In this document: in pieces, positions 1 to 9,657 of the stretch
Layout of the letters: the number at the start of each line of letters is the position of its first letter
Position numbering within the stretch: the stretch's first letter is position 1
IMG/VR virus record: IMGVR_UViG_2930734477_000003
Span: 5,708 to 69,707 of that record
Strand: one strand, 5' to 3'
DNA from: a virus
Taxonomy: Duplodnaviria; Caudoviricetes
DNA: 64,000 bases
Notes under the pieces: model-generated
Told to the model about the DNA's origin: nothing
Database searches by the model: none
The model's input: only the letters and a program-made list of their open reading frames with translations
Position numbers and translations under genes: made by a program

Positions 1-123
1 GACGTCCTTGCCGCCGATGATGATGGCGTCGGCGCCGTCGGCGAGGGTCTGGAAGTGCTCCCACAGCCGCGTGTGATCAGTCGACTGGGGGTAGGTGATG
101 CCCTTCGTCGTCTGGTCGCTCAT
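1..123 (-). CDS. Tail fiber/minor tail protein, N-terminus only (runs off window)
   Basis: Hand translation MSDQTTKGITYPQSTDHTRLWEHFQTLADGADAIIIGGKDV; GGAGG RBS upstream; follows minor tail genes. Confidence 0.7.
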   Translation of the reverse strand, partial: MSDQTTKGITYPQSTDHTRLWEHFQTLADGADAIIIGGKDV

Positions 124-147
124 GACGTGCGCCTCCATCGGGCATGC

Positions 148-173
148 AAAAGGCCCCGCATGAGCGGGGCCTT
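148..173 (-). terminator. Intrinsic terminator-like hairpin
   Basis: AGGCCCCGC-TCAT-GCGGGGCCT followed by TTT on minus strand, downstream of 216..1043. Confidence 0.6.
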
Positions 174-215
174 GGGGCGGGCGGGGTCAGGGGCCGGTCG
201 TTGCCGGCTTCGGCT

Positions 216-1043
216 TCACGAATTCCGGCGCCAATAGATCGTCAGAGTCCAGGCGGCGGACCACGAGCCGCGCCCCGCCAGATGGATGTAGGGCGAGTCG
301 GAGCCGATGGAGATGGCGAGGCCGCCGCGGGTGCCGTCGACCATGGCCTGGGCCCACGCGTCCGGGATCACGAAGGCCGAGGCTGTCGCGTTGACGGCGA
401 GGCTTGGCCCCGACGTGGTCTCGTTGAGGGTGGGAGCGCCGGAGGGCCTGGTGGACTGCGACACCAGGCGCAGGGTGGCGGTGCGGGCGGCGAAGTCGCC
501 GCCGGACAGCCGCTTCACCTTGAGGGTGGCCTTGGTGACGGTGGCTCCGGCGATGCTGCGCGGCTTGCTGCCGTAGAAGGCACAGCCCGTCATCCGGCCG
601 AAGGAGCTCCCGGAGTAGCGGCCCTGGTAGGTGTCGAAGCTGTTGACGGGGTTGCCGTCGGAGCGCCAGGAGCCGTCGCGGTAGCTCGCGGTGGCGACGG
701 GCGTGCACACGAGGGTGCCCGTCGTCACGGTCGGCTTGGTGGGCGGTGCGACGTCGCCGGTGTCCGGCGGGGGGTCCGTCGGCACGGCCGGGGCGGGGAT
801 GACGGTGGGGGCGGCCTGGATGATGCAGAGGGCGTAGTAGACGGAGCCGCTGCGCATGATGAGGAGCTTGTCGCCGGCGGCGACGGTCAGCGCGGACGGG
901 ACGCGTACGGCGACGGTGAGGCCGGCGATCGTGGCCACGCAGGCCCCGCCGGACGACGCGGACTGGGCGGTGCCGACGAGGGAGTCCCGCCGCGTCAGTT
1001 TGCCCTTGCGGCCGACGGTGCCCCTGCTCCAGGCGAGACTCAT
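216..1043 (-). CDS. Minor tail protein
   Basis: Start MSLAWSRG overlaps the upstream stop (ATGA); Ser/Thr/Gly-rich beta-type C-terminus; position after hub gene. Confidence 0.8.
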   Translation of the reverse strand: MSLAWSRGTVGRKGKLTRRDSLVGTAQSASSGGACVATIAGLTVAVRVPSALTVAAGDKLLIMRSGSVYYALCIIQAAPTVIPAPAVPTDPPPDTGDVAPPTKPTVTTGTLVCTPVATASYRDGSWRSDGNPVNSFDTYQGRYSGSSFGRMTGCAFYGSKPRSIAGATVTKATLKVKRLSGGDFAARTATLRLVSQSTRPSGAPTLNETTSGPSLAVNATASAFVIPDAWAQAMVDGTRGGLAISIGSDSPYIHLAGRGSWSAAWTLTIYWRRNS

Positions 1044-2128
1044 GACGGCAGCACCCTCACGGTCAGGGACATCTCGTCGGGACTGTAGGGCAGGGACAGC
1101 GACTCGATGACGCAGGGAGCGTTGCGCAGTCCCTGGCCGGTGACCGAGACGATGTCGCCGGTCATGAGGCCGGGGTGGGGAACCATCGTCACCCCCAGCC
1201 GTCGTCCGTTGGCCCGGCGCAGCCGCTGGAGGGTGGCCCGGGCGGCGGCGCGGCACTGGGCGACGGTGGTCAGCAGCGGGGAGGACTCGGTGTACGGGAC
1301 GGGCAGAGGGTTGAAGGTGCCCCCGTACAGGAAGGGGCTGCCTGCTTCCTCGTCGTAGGCGACGCCCTGGATCTGGTTGCCGGCGGAGTCCTCGCCCTGG
1401 CTGACGACGACGTTGAACGCGCCTTCGCGGCTGGTGGAGCCCTGCCAGCGGATGACGGTGCCGCCGACGCCGTCGGTGAGGCTGAGGACTGGGGTCCCGG
1501 TGTCGCCGAGGGGCGCCCACAGCAGCAGGGCGTCCTCGGTGACGCGGTATTCGGCGGCCCACGCGGAGGCGATGTCGTTGAGGCCCTCCATGCGGTCGGA
1601 GTCCCACTGCATCGACGACGACGCGGCCCGGTCGACGAGGGCGCCGTCGAAGGAGCATGTGAGGGCGGGTTCGACGAGGGCGCGGGCGGTGGAGGCGAGC
1701 GTGTCGGTCGTCGACGGCTGGAACGGGGCCACGAGCTTGGCTTCGTCGATGAGGGTGAGGAGCCCTTGCAGCTCGACGGAGACGGTGTCGCCGTCCACGT
1801 CCGAGTTCGTGATCAGGAACCAGCCGCGGTTGATCCACTCCCAGTGGCCGCCGACCTGGACGCCGTAGTCGATGCGGAGTTGCTGCCCGTAGGCGGCCAG
1901 CGGGTGCGCGGGATCGGCGCCGGGGTCCCAGGTGACGCCGCGGTCGCGGCGCGGCACGGTCAGGCTGATGCGCTCGGGGACGCCGAGGGACCGGTCGCGG
2001 TCCTCGCTGCCGTCGGTGACGGGGATCGCGTCGGTGACGAGTTCGCCGCCGAGCCAGCATTCGGCGCGGACGTCCATGGTGTAGGACCGCTCGACGACCG
2101 CGAGCGCCTCGTCCGACATGTCCAGCAC
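1040..2128 (-). CDS. Minor tail / baseplate hub protein (DUF5047-like)
   Basis: 362 aa; HPLAAYGQQLRI and PHPGLMTGD motifs typical of actinophage hub proteins; synteny. Confidence 0.8.
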   Translation of the reverse strand: MLDMSDEALAVVERSYTMDVRAECWLGGELVTDAIPVTDGSEDRDRSLGVPERISLTVPRRDRGVTWDPGADPAHPLAAYGQQLRIDYGVQVGGHWEWINRGWFLITNSDVDGDTVSVELQGLLTLIDEAKLVAPFQPSTTDTLASTARALVEPALTCSFDGALVDRAASSSMQWDSDRMEGLNDIASAWAAEYRVTEDALLLWAPLGDTGTPVLSLTDGVGGTVIRWQGSTSREGAFNVVVSQGEDSAGNQIQGVAYDEEAGSPFLYGGTFNPLPVPYTESSPLLTTVAQCRAAARATLQRLRRANGRRLGVTMVPHPGLMTGDIVSVTGQGLRNAPCVIESLSLPYSPDEMSLTVRVLPS

Positions 2129-2129
2129 G

Positions 2130-3602
2130 TCAGGCCCCGAAGTCGAACAGGGCGATGTCCAGGAGGTCGCCGGGCGTGAAGTCGCCGGCGATGTCCTGGA
2201 GCGAGCTGTAGTTGTCGGCGATGTCCTGGAGGGTGAAGCCGGCGGCCTCCAGGACCGACGGCCACGCCTCGGTCTGCTGCACCTCCAACTGGAACCACCG
2301 GTAGGAGTCGTACCAGTTGGGCGACTCGGTGTCGTCGGAGAGCGCGTAGTAGCCGTCGAGGCGGCTCAGCGAGTCCTGCTTGCGGAACAGCAGGACGCCC
2401 TCGGTGAGGTCCGCGAGGACGGCGTTGAGCGCGTCGCCGGCGGCGTCGGTCTCCGTGCGCACGGTCATCGTGGTGGACGGCGCGGACCGCGTCTTGCCGA
2501 CGACGATGATGCGGCCGCCCGCGTTGAACTTGGTCGCGTCGCGGGTGCGCTGCCACTCCAGCGGTGTCTCGATGCGCACCGCCGCGCCGATGCCGCGGAC
2601 GGCGTCGGAGATGACGTCGGAGTCGACGGTCGACGTGATCGTGCTGGAGTAGATCGTCCACTGGAGGCCGTTGACGTCGGTGAGGACCGCCAGGTACTCG
2701 TGCGCGACCCCGAACGGCTGCTCCGCGTCGACGCGGAGCAGCACGTCGCTGCCGCTCACGTCGACGTCGACGGCCGCGCGCACCGGGGTGAGGGTGTCGC
2801 CCACCTGCCGGTAGAGGCCGACACTGGCGATGTTGTCGGCGAGGAGCCCGGTCGCGGAGATCAGGTTGCGCGGCGGGAACACGGTCTGCGGGAAGGCTTC
2901 CATGTCGGTTCCGGCTTCGCGCAGGCGCAGCACGCCGGCGACGCCGGTGGACGCGGAGCTGAGTGTCGCGGCCAGGGTCGGCGCCTGGGTGCCTGATCCG
3001 GAGGAGACCGCGCCGGTCGCGGTGACGAAGCGGGAGTCGTGGCCCGCGGTGATGGCGTCGTCGGCGCGCTCGGTGATCGTGCCGAAGGTGATGCCGGACG
3101 CGGTGATCGCCTCGGCGCTGAAGCTGGCCGTGGACAGGGGGATGCCGTAGCCGATGACGGCCGTGTCGCCCGCGACCCAGGTCAGGGCGGTGCTCGAGGC
3201 GGCGGAGAAGCCGGTGCCGGAGGAGGTGTCCTCGCCGAAGGCGTACGCCCACCGCCAGCCGGTCCCGGCCGACCGCGTGAAGGAGTAGATGCGGGCGGCG
3301 ATCGTCGACCCGGTGCCGCCGGTGGGGATGGACACGGTGGGCGCGGTGTCGGAGGCCACCAGCTCCCGCACGAAGAAGGTGAGGCGGCGGGGCCCGGCGG
3401 CCGCGCCGAACGCGCCGCCGCCCCCGCTGGCGGAGCCCGCGAACGTCCACCCTGACGGGGTGGCCGGGACGGGATCGTCCTGGTGTCCGGACACGACCTG
3501 GAGCACGGCGAGCATCCCGGCGCTCGCTCCGGCCGGCAGGGCGGGCGTGACCGACTCCGCTGCCGACGAGGAGGCCCCGGCGGCGCCGAACGAGATCGTC
3601 AT
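2130..3602 (-). CDS. Minor tail (distal tail-like) protein with N-terminal beta-sandwich insert
   Basis: 490 aa immediately after tape measure gene. Confidence 0.75.
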   Translation of the reverse strand: MTISFGAAGASSSAAESVTPALPAGASAGMLAVLQVVSGHQDDPVPATPSGWTFAGSASGGGGAFGAAAGPRRLTFFVRELVASDTAPTVSIPTGGTGSTIAARIYSFTRSAGTGWRWAYAFGEDTSSGTGFSAASSTALTWVAGDTAVIGYGIPLSTASFSAEAITASGITFGTITERADDAITAGHDSRFVTATGAVSSGSGTQAPTLAATLSSASTGVAGVLRLREAGTDMEAFPQTVFPPRNLISATGLLADNIASVGLYRQVGDTLTPVRAAVDVDVSGSDVLLRVDAEQPFGVAHEYLAVLTDVNGLQWTIYSSTITSTVDSDVISDAVRGIGAAVRIETPLEWQRTRDATKFNAGGRIIVVGKTRSAPSTTMTVRTETDAAGDALNAVLADLTEGVLLFRKQDSLSRLDGYYALSDDTESPNWYDSYRWFQLEVQQTEAWPSVLEAAGFTLQDIADNYSSLQDIAGDFTPGDLLDIALFDFGA

Positions 3603-6600
3603 CCGCGCGGCCCCACCTTCGCCTCGTACGCCATCTTCTTCTCACTGGCCTTGATCATCGGGCGGACCACGCCCTGGAACATGCCGAGCAGCTCGCCGCT
3701 GTCGAGGCGCAGTTCGCCGGTGAGCTGGCCGTCGCCCGTGCCGCCGCTCGCCTGGACCGCGGCCGCCAGTTCCCGGACGGCCTGCGCCTGCCGGACGGCT
3801 TCGGTCCCGGCCGGGCTGGGGATGACGATGCGGCGGGTGGAGACGCCGACGGCGGCGTTGGCCATGCGCTGCGCGGAGGTGACGACGGTCGGGGTGTGGA
3901 CGTCGATGCCCTCGGCGACGCCGAGGGCGACGTTCTTGCCGATCTGGTCGCGCATGACCACCGACGGGCTTTTGATCTTGAGGGCTTTCTTGATCTGCTT
4001 GACCAGCTCGGACGCCAGTTTGCTGATCTGCTGGCCGAGCTCCTTCTCCTGGCTCTTCAGGCCCGCGAGGAAGCCCTTCCCGGCATCCTTGCCGCTGTCG
4101 AACATCAGATCGGCCATGTCCCGGCCGAAGCTGGTGGCGAGGCTGTTGCCCGACTTCATCAGCGAGTTCAGCTTGGCGATGTCCTGGGTGGTGACCGAGC
4201 GGTCCGACAGGAGCGTCGCGAGCTGGCTGCCCGGCCCGGCGTCCGACAACTGCTGGAGCAGATCCTTGGACGCGCCGCGCGCCTTCAGCGACTTGCTGAG
4301 CGAGACGAAGCCGGACGCGGTCTTCTGCTGCCCGGTGAGCTGCGATATCAGATCCTTGACCGAGCCGGCGGAGGTGCCGGCGATGGAGAGGAACTCCTTG
4401 ATGTTCCCGGCCTGGTCGGTGGCGTACTCGTTCGCGGCCTTGATCTGGGACTGGATGGAGGCCCGCTTGTCGGCGAGGGTCTGGAGCCTGGAGCCCTTCT
4501 TCTGGATGCTCGCGGCCGTCTTGTCGTAGCCGGCGTTGAGGAGTTTGGTCGCCAGGCTCTTGACCGTGGAGCCGATCTTCGCCGACGTGCCCGTCTGGAG
4601 CGTCTTGAGCAGGCCGGTCTTGATCGTGTTGGAGATCGAGTTCTTCGCCGACCGCTTCGCGTTCTTCAGGCTCACGTTCGCGGCCGCGAGCTCCTTCTGG
4701 GCCGCCTGGAGCTTCTTCTGCGCCGCGGCGAGGCCCTTGCGGCGCCGCTTCGCGGTGGCGACCGCCTCTTTGGCGTCCTCGACCTTGGCCCGCGCGCGGC
4801 GCTGGCGGTCGGATGCGTTCTGGATGGTGCCGGAGGCGTAGCCGGGCAGCTTGATGCCCATCTGGCCGGCCATGGCCATCGAGTCCTTGTTGGAGAAGAT
4901 GCGGGTCCCCTTCGGGGTGACCTGCATCAGCTCGGGGCCCTTCTCGCCCACCCACGCGGTCTGGCCGAACGGGGCGAGCCCGCCGCGGGTGCCCTTGGCG
5001 TAGCCGCCGGGCCTGGTCATGACGCTGACCCAGTTCGCGCCGTAGCGGTGCATGGCGTAGTTGACGCCGGCGTAGATGTTGGCGAGCGGGTCGTAGATGC
5101 CGCGGCTCTTGAAGGGGCCCGCGTACGCGGCGAACGTGCTGGGGATGGTCTGCATCAGGCCCTGGCTGGGGTGCCCGGCCTTGGCGTTGGAGTCCCACAG
5201 GTTGATGGCCATCGGGTTGCCGCCCGACTCCATCTGGATCCGCTTCAGCACCGGCTGGAGCGCGCTGCCCGGGGCGCCGAGCATGGCGAGGACCTGGGAG
5301 ACCAGCGGCGCCCACGTCCCGCCGCCCTTACCGCCGCCTCCGCCGCCGCCGCCGAAGAGGCTGCCGAAGATGTCGCCCAGCTTGGAGCCGAGGCCGCCGA
5401 GCGCCTTGAGCGCCTTGCCGGGCAGGCTGGAGACGGAGACGAGGCCCTTCTTCACGATGGAGCCCAGGGCGCTGGGCATGTCGCCGAAGATCTTCCGGGC
5501 GATGGCTCCGCCGCTGGTCTTGGCGAGGCCCTTGAAGAGGCCCGCGACCAGGTGGCCGCCGATGCCCTCGAACACCTTCGACGGCGAGTGGATCCCGAAG
5601 TAGCTCTTGACCGCGTTGACGACGGGGTCGACGACGTTCTTCTTGATCCACGACCCGACGCCCTTGATCGCGCCGGTGATGCCGGACTTCAGCCCGGAGA
5701 TCAGCGCGGTTCCCTTGGCCGTCAGCCACGTGCTCGCCTTGGAGAACGCGCCGGTCACGGGCGAGATCACATGGGTCTTCGTCCACCCGGCGATGCCCTT
5801 GGCCACGCCGATGGCGCCGGACTTGAAGCCGGCCACCAGCGCGCGGCCCTTGGCGAGCAGCCAGGTCCCGGCCGACCGGAACGCGCCCACGACGGGGTCG
5901 ACGACCCACTTCTTCCCGAAGGCGCCGATGCCCTTCGCCGTGGAGATGGCGCCGGACTTGAAGCCCGCTACCAGCGCGCGGCCCTTCGTCAGCAGCCAGG
6001 TGCCCGCGGACTTGAAGGCGCCCACGACCGGGTCGACGATCCACTTCTTGCCGAAGGACCCGATGCCGGTGGCCACGCGGATCGCGCCGGACTTGAAGCC
6101 GGACACGAGCGCCGAGCCCTTGGCGAGCAGCCAGGTCCCGGCCGACCGGAACGCGCCCACGATCGGGTCGATGATGATGCGCTTGGCGAAGCCGCCGATG
6201 CCCTTTGCCGCGGTGAGCAGTCCTCGCCCGAGGCCCTTGACGAGGGCGGTTCCCTTGGAGACCAGCCACCCGGCCGGCTTGGCGAAGGGTTTGAGGATGA
6301 GCCCGAGGAGTTCACCGATCTTCGACAGGACCCAGGTGGCGCCCTTTTGGAAGCCGGTGCCGAGGGACTTGAGGGCGCCCTTGCCCTTTTCGAGCAGCTC
6401 CAGGCCCCACAGGCCCAGGCGCGTGGTGATCAGCCCGGCCTCGCGCTCGATGACGGCCGCGCCCCGGGGGAAGATCTTGGCCAGGCCCTTCCAGAGGCCG
6501 GAGCCGATGAATTTGAAGATCTTTCCGAAGAGCTTCGAGATCGGCGCCGTGATCTTGGACAGGCCGGAGAACAGCGGCGCGAACATCTTCAGGATCGGGA

Positions 6601-8443
6601 TCTTCGACAGGACCTTGCTGATCGGTCCCGCGATCTTGCCGATGCCGAAGAGGGACAGCGCGGCGATCACCGTGTCCCAGAAGTGCTTCTTCCAGAAGTC
6701 CGCGGAGAACAGCTCCTGGCCGAAGCTGGCAATGAAGCCGATCATGAAGCCGAGGGTCTTGCCGCCGACCTGCTTGCCGATGTCGACCCAGTCCAGCGAC
6801 GCCATCGCCGACACGAGCTGCTTGGCGAGTTTCGCGCCGTTCTTCGCCAGCCACTGGAAACTCGTGCCGAGCGCACTGCCCAGCTTCTCGCCGACCTTGG
6901 TCCAGTCGACCGCGGAGATCCCGCCGGTGACGGCGTTGCGGATCTGCTCGCCCAGCTTCTGCGCCGTCGACTTCGGAGGTGCCGTCTTGACCTTCGCCAG
7001 AGGCGCGGTCAGCCCGGACCCGCCGTGCGGCATCGGCGCGAGCGCAGGCCCCTTGACGCCGGCCGCCGGCGCGACCTGCCCGACCCCGTAGTGCGGCTTC
7101 GGGGCGAGCGCGGGCCCCTTCGCGGCCGCCCCCGTCTTGCCGGAGCCGAGGTGCGGCGAGGAGTCGAACAGGCCGCCCATCAGGTCCTTGGCGGCCTTCT
7201 TCGTGCCGGTCAGGCCCGTGAAGAAGTCGCTCACCATGGTCTTGGCCTGGGTGAACCGGGACCTGATCTGCTCGACGGGCACGATGTCGGCGACCGCGTG
7301 GGAGAACGCCTTGACCTTCGGGATGCCGTCGTCGTTGACCCAGCCGGCCAGGTTGCGCACGGCGAGCGTGACCCCGGACAGCGCCTTGGTGGCGCCGGCC
7401 AGCAGGCCGGTGTCACCGACCTCGATCATCAGCCCTTCCCACGCGTTCTTCAGCCTGATGACCTCGCCGCGCCAGCCCTTCATCTGGATCTTCGCGATGC
7501 GGTCCGCGGTGCCGCCGGAAGCTTCCAGCTCCTTGGTCATCCGGGCGAGCTTGTCCGAGCCCTGCTGGATCAGCGCGGCCATACCGGGGCCCGCCCGCTG
7601 ACCGAAGATCGTCATGATGTCGCCGGTCGTCGCGCCCTTCTTGGCGAGCTGATCGACGATGGAGGTCAGCGGCCGCAGCTTCCCGTCGGCCGTCGACACG
7701 TTCACGCCCAGGTCCTTGAGCGTGGTGGCGATCTTCTTCGTGGGCGACAGGAGCCGGGTCACCGCGCCGCGCAGCGCGGTGCCCGCCATGGACGCCTTGA
7801 TGCCGGCGTTGCCCATGAGGGCCGTCGCCGCGACGGCCTCCTCGAACTGGAGCCCCGCCTGGTGTGCGATCGGCCCCGAGTACTTGAAGGCTTCGCCGAG
7901 GTCATCGACGCTGGTGTTGGCCTTCACGGACGCCTTGACCATGGCGTCGACGGCGTGCGGGATCTCCCCGATCTTCATGCCGTAGCCGGTCAGGACGTTC
8001 GTCGTGATCTCGGCGGCCCGCGTCAGGTTGAGCTGCTCCGACGACGCCAGCGACAGCACCGACGGCATCGCCCCGTAGATCTGGTTCACCGTCAGGCCGG
8101 CCGTGGCGAGCTGCGCCATGGCGTCAGCCGACTGCGCCGCCCCGTACTGGGTCGACTTGCCCAGATCTTTGGCCTGGTTGCGCAGCCGGGCCAACTGTTT
8201 GCCGGTCGCCCCGGACAGGGCGGCGACCCTGTTCATGTTCTTCTCGAAGTCGCCCGCGGCCTTGATCGACGCCGCGCCGAGCGCGCCCAGACCGATGGCC
8301 CCGACCGCCAGGCCCGCCTTGATGGCGGCGCCGACCTTCGTCGACGTGGACGCCAGCCGGTTCGCCGACCGGCCGACCTGCCGGAACGTCGCAGAAGCCC
8401 GGTCCCGGCCGATGAGGGCGTAGACGATCGCGGACGTGGCCAT
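3599..8443 (-). CDS. Tape measure protein with lytic transglycosylase (SLT) domain
   Basis: About 1614 aa; TP901-type core (GIKASMAGTALR); MESGGNP...SQGLMQ...YDPLANI SLT motifs; follows chaperone. Confidence 0.95.
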   Translation of the reverse strand: MATSAIVYALIGRDRASATFRQVGRSANRLASTSTKVGAAIKAGLAVGAIGLGALGAASIKAAGDFEKNMNRVAALSGATGKQLARLRNQAKDLGKSTQYGAAQSADAMAQLATAGLTVNQIYGAMPSVLSLASSEQLNLTRAAEITTNVLTGYGMKIGEIPHAVDAMVKASVKANTSVDDLGEAFKYSGPIAHQAGLQFEEAVAATALMGNAGIKASMAGTALRGAVTRLLSPTKKIATTLKDLGVNVSTADGKLRPLTSIVDQLAKKGATTGDIMTIFGQRAGPGMAALIQQGSDKLARMTKELEASGGTADRIAKIQMKGWRGEVIRLKNAWEGLMIEVGDTGLLAGATKALSGVTLAVRNLAGWVNDDGIPKVKAFSHAVADIVPVEQIRSRFTQAKTMVSDFFTGLTGTKKAAKDLMGGLFDSSPHLGSGKTGAAAKGPALAPKPHYGVGQVAPAAGVKGPALAPMPHGGSGLTAPLAKVKTAPPKSTAQKLGEQIRNAVTGGISAVDWTKVGEKLGSALGTSFQWLAKNGAKLAKQLVSAMASLDWVDIGKQVGGKTLGFMIGFIASFGQELFSADFWKKHFWDTVIAALSLFGIGKIAGPISKVLSKIPILKMFAPLFSGLSKITAPISKLFGKIFKFIGSGLWKGLAKIFPRGAAVIEREAGLITTRLGLWGLELLEKGKGALKSLGTGFQKGATWVLSKIGELLGLILKPFAKPAGWLVSKGTALVKGLGRGLLTAAKGIGGFAKRIIIDPIVGAFRSAGTWLLAKGSALVSGFKSGAIRVATGIGSFGKKWIVDPVVGAFKSAGTWLLTKGRALVAGFKSGAISTAKGIGAFGKKWVVDPVVGAFRSAGTWLLAKGRALVAGFKSGAIGVAKGIAGWTKTHVISPVTGAFSKASTWLTAKGTALISGLKSGITGAIKGVGSWIKKNVVDPVVNAVKSYFGIHSPSKVFEGIGGHLVAGLFKGLAKTSGGAIARKIFGDMPSALGSIVKKGLVSVSSLPGKALKALGGLGSKLGDIFGSLFGGGGGGGGKGGGTWAPLVSQVLAMLGAPGSALQPVLKRIQMESGGNPMAINLWDSNAKAGHPSQGLMQTIPSTFAAYAGPFKSRGIYDPLANIYAGVNYAMHRYGANWVSVMTRPGGYAKGTRGGLAPFGQTAWVGEKGPELMQVTPKGTRIFSNKDSMAMAGQMGIKLPGYASGTIQNASDRQRRARAKVEDAKEAVATAKRRRKGLAAAQKKLQAAQKELAAANVSLKNAKRSAKNSISNTIKTGLLKTLQTGTSAKIGSTVKSLATKLLNAGYDKTAASIQKKGSRLQTLADKRASIQSQIKAANEYATDQAGNIKEFLSIAGTSAGSVKDLISQLTGQQKTASGFVSLSKSLKARGASKDLLQQLSDAGPGSQLATLLSDRSVTTQDIAKLNSLMKSGNSLATSFGRDMADLMFDSGKDAGKGFLAGLKSQEKELGQQISKLASELVKQIKKALKIKSPSVVMRDQIGKNVALGVAEGIDVHTPTVVTSAQRMANAAVGVSTRRIVIPSPAGTEAVRQAQAVRELAAAVQASGGTGDGQLTGELRLDSGELLGMFQGVVRPMIKASEKKMAYEAKVGPRG
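5625..6300 (-). repeat. About 5 copies of a 135-bp (45-aa) repeat inside tape measure gene
   Basis: Recurrent DPVVGAF(R/K)SAGTWLL(A/T)KGxALVxGFKSGAI. Confidence 0.85.
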
Positions 8444-8496
8444 GGCTGCGCCCCCCATCTCGCGCTCGCGCGCGGTCCAGGGGCCGGTCGGCCGGT

Positions 8497-8703
8497 CTAC
8501 AGGTTCGGCATGCGGGACTTACTGGGGCCGCCTGCGGCCCTGCGCTCCTCCGCCTCGCGCTCCTCCAGCTCGATGCGGTAGAACGCGCGCCACTCGCTCA
8601 GCTCTCGGGAGCTGATCCGTCGGAGGAGCTCGTCGACGGTGCATCCGAGGTCTCGGGCGAGGACGAAGGCGAATCGCCGGTCTGGCCGGCCTCGGAGTTT
8701 CCC
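8497..8703 (-). CDS. Tail assembly chaperone -1 frameshift extension (gpGT-like)
   Basis: Slippery G-GGA-AAC at 8703-8697; -1 frame reads RRFAFVLARDLGCTVDELLRRISSRELSEWRAFY. Confidence 0.85.
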   Translation of the reverse strand, partial: GKLRGRPDRRFAFVLARDLGCTVDELLRRISSRELSEWRAFYRIELEEREAEERRAAGGPSKSRMPNL

Positions 8704-9065
8704 TCGATCTCCCGCTCGTTGGCGTCGCCCATGCCGGACAGCTCGGCCGCCACGTCGTACAGCATGTCGAGGATCGCGCCCGACTTCTTGCCGAGGGCGG
8801 GCGCGTCGGTGTCCTTGAAGAGCCGGTTGCCGCTGTCGTCGACGAGGCACTTGACCAGCAGCTTGGCGCGCGCGTTGTCGCGGACCAGGACGACTTCCTT
8901 CGTCCCGTCGGGCTTGGGCCGGATCTGCTGGATGCTCGCCTCGTAGGCGTCGCGCTCGATGCCGGTCAGGCCGCGCACGAGGACCTCGCCGCCCCACGCG
9001 GGGACGTCGACGGGCTTGATCTGGGTGTCCTCGGCTCCGAGGATCGCGTCTGCGGACAGCGCCAT
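8598..9065 (-). CDS. Tail assembly chaperone (gpG-like)
   Basis: VDVPAWGGEVLVRGLTG motif; position before tape measure. Confidence 0.85.
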   Translation of the reverse strand: MALSADAILGAEDTQIKPVDVPAWGGEVLVRGLTGIERDAYEASIQQIRPKPDGTKEVVLVRDNARAKLLVKCLVDDSGNRLFKDTDAPALGKKSGAILDMLYDVAAELSGMGDANEREIEGNSEAGQTGDSPSSSPETSDAPSTSSSDGSAPES

Positions 9066-9073
9066 GGGTGAAG

Positions 9074-9159
9074 TGCCTTTCTGGCGTTACGGATCATGAC
9101 GGCGGCCAGTGCCAGGCCGTGATGAGCCGTCGAGCGCCAGTGCCAGGCGGGCGACAGCG
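9074..9159 (-). promoter_or_regulatory. Structured 5' leader, copy 1 (twin UGGCACU-loop hairpins plus AGAAAGG RBS) before tail chaperone
   Basis: 85/86 identical to 17746-17831; hand-folded hairpins. Confidence 0.8.
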
Positions 9160-9171
9160 AAGGGTGCGACG

Positions 9172-9648
9172 TCAGCGGATGTCGCGGGTGATGGAGTCGA
9201 CGACCTGGGCCGCGGCGCGCCGTCCGGCGACGCCCGCGAGGCGGACGACCTTGAAGAAGTAGGGGTGCGGCTTCTGGGTGACCCAGTTCTCCCGGTTGCC
9301 GAAGACCGGGTGCCTCCACCGCTTGGTGCCCTCCATGCCCTTGGGCAGGGCTTTCATCGTCGGGGGCATCTTGCGGCCGTCGACGCGGATGGCGACGCCC
9401 GCATCCCGGCCGACCGTGCGGACCTCGATGCGGGTCGCCTTCACCATCCGGCCGCGCAGCCCGTCGGCGGTGTACGGCCGCTTGGAGGGGATGTTCCGGA
9501 TGGAGTTGCGCACCAGCGGCACGTAGGGCTGCGCGACAGCCCGCAGCTCCTTGCGGAACCGCTTCTTCAGCTCCTGGTTGTCCATCCGGTTCAGCTCGCG
9601 GGCGATGCGGCGCAGGTCGTCGCCCGTGCGCATGTCGACCCTGATCAC
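9172..9648 (-). CDS. HK97 gp10-like tail-component protein
   Basis: Basic 158 aa; WRHPVFGNRENWVTQKPHPYF motif. Confidence 0.7.
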   Translation of the reverse strand: MIRVDMRTGDDLRRIARELNRMDNQELKKRFRKELRAVAQPYVPLVRNSIRNIPSKRPYTADGLRGRMVKATRIEVRTVGRDAGVAIRVDGRKMPPTMKALPKGMEGTKRWRHPVFGNRENWVTQKPHPYFFKVVRLAGVAGRRAAAQVVDSITRDIR

Positions 9649-9657
9649 GGCGGGGCC

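Noticed and set aside
3896-8581. 1561-aa plus-strand ORF and many other long plus-strand or alternate-frame ORFs
   Set aside because: Shadow ORFs of high-GC minus-strand genes; no motifs or RBS, and the minus-strand frames form a coherent coupled phage gene set
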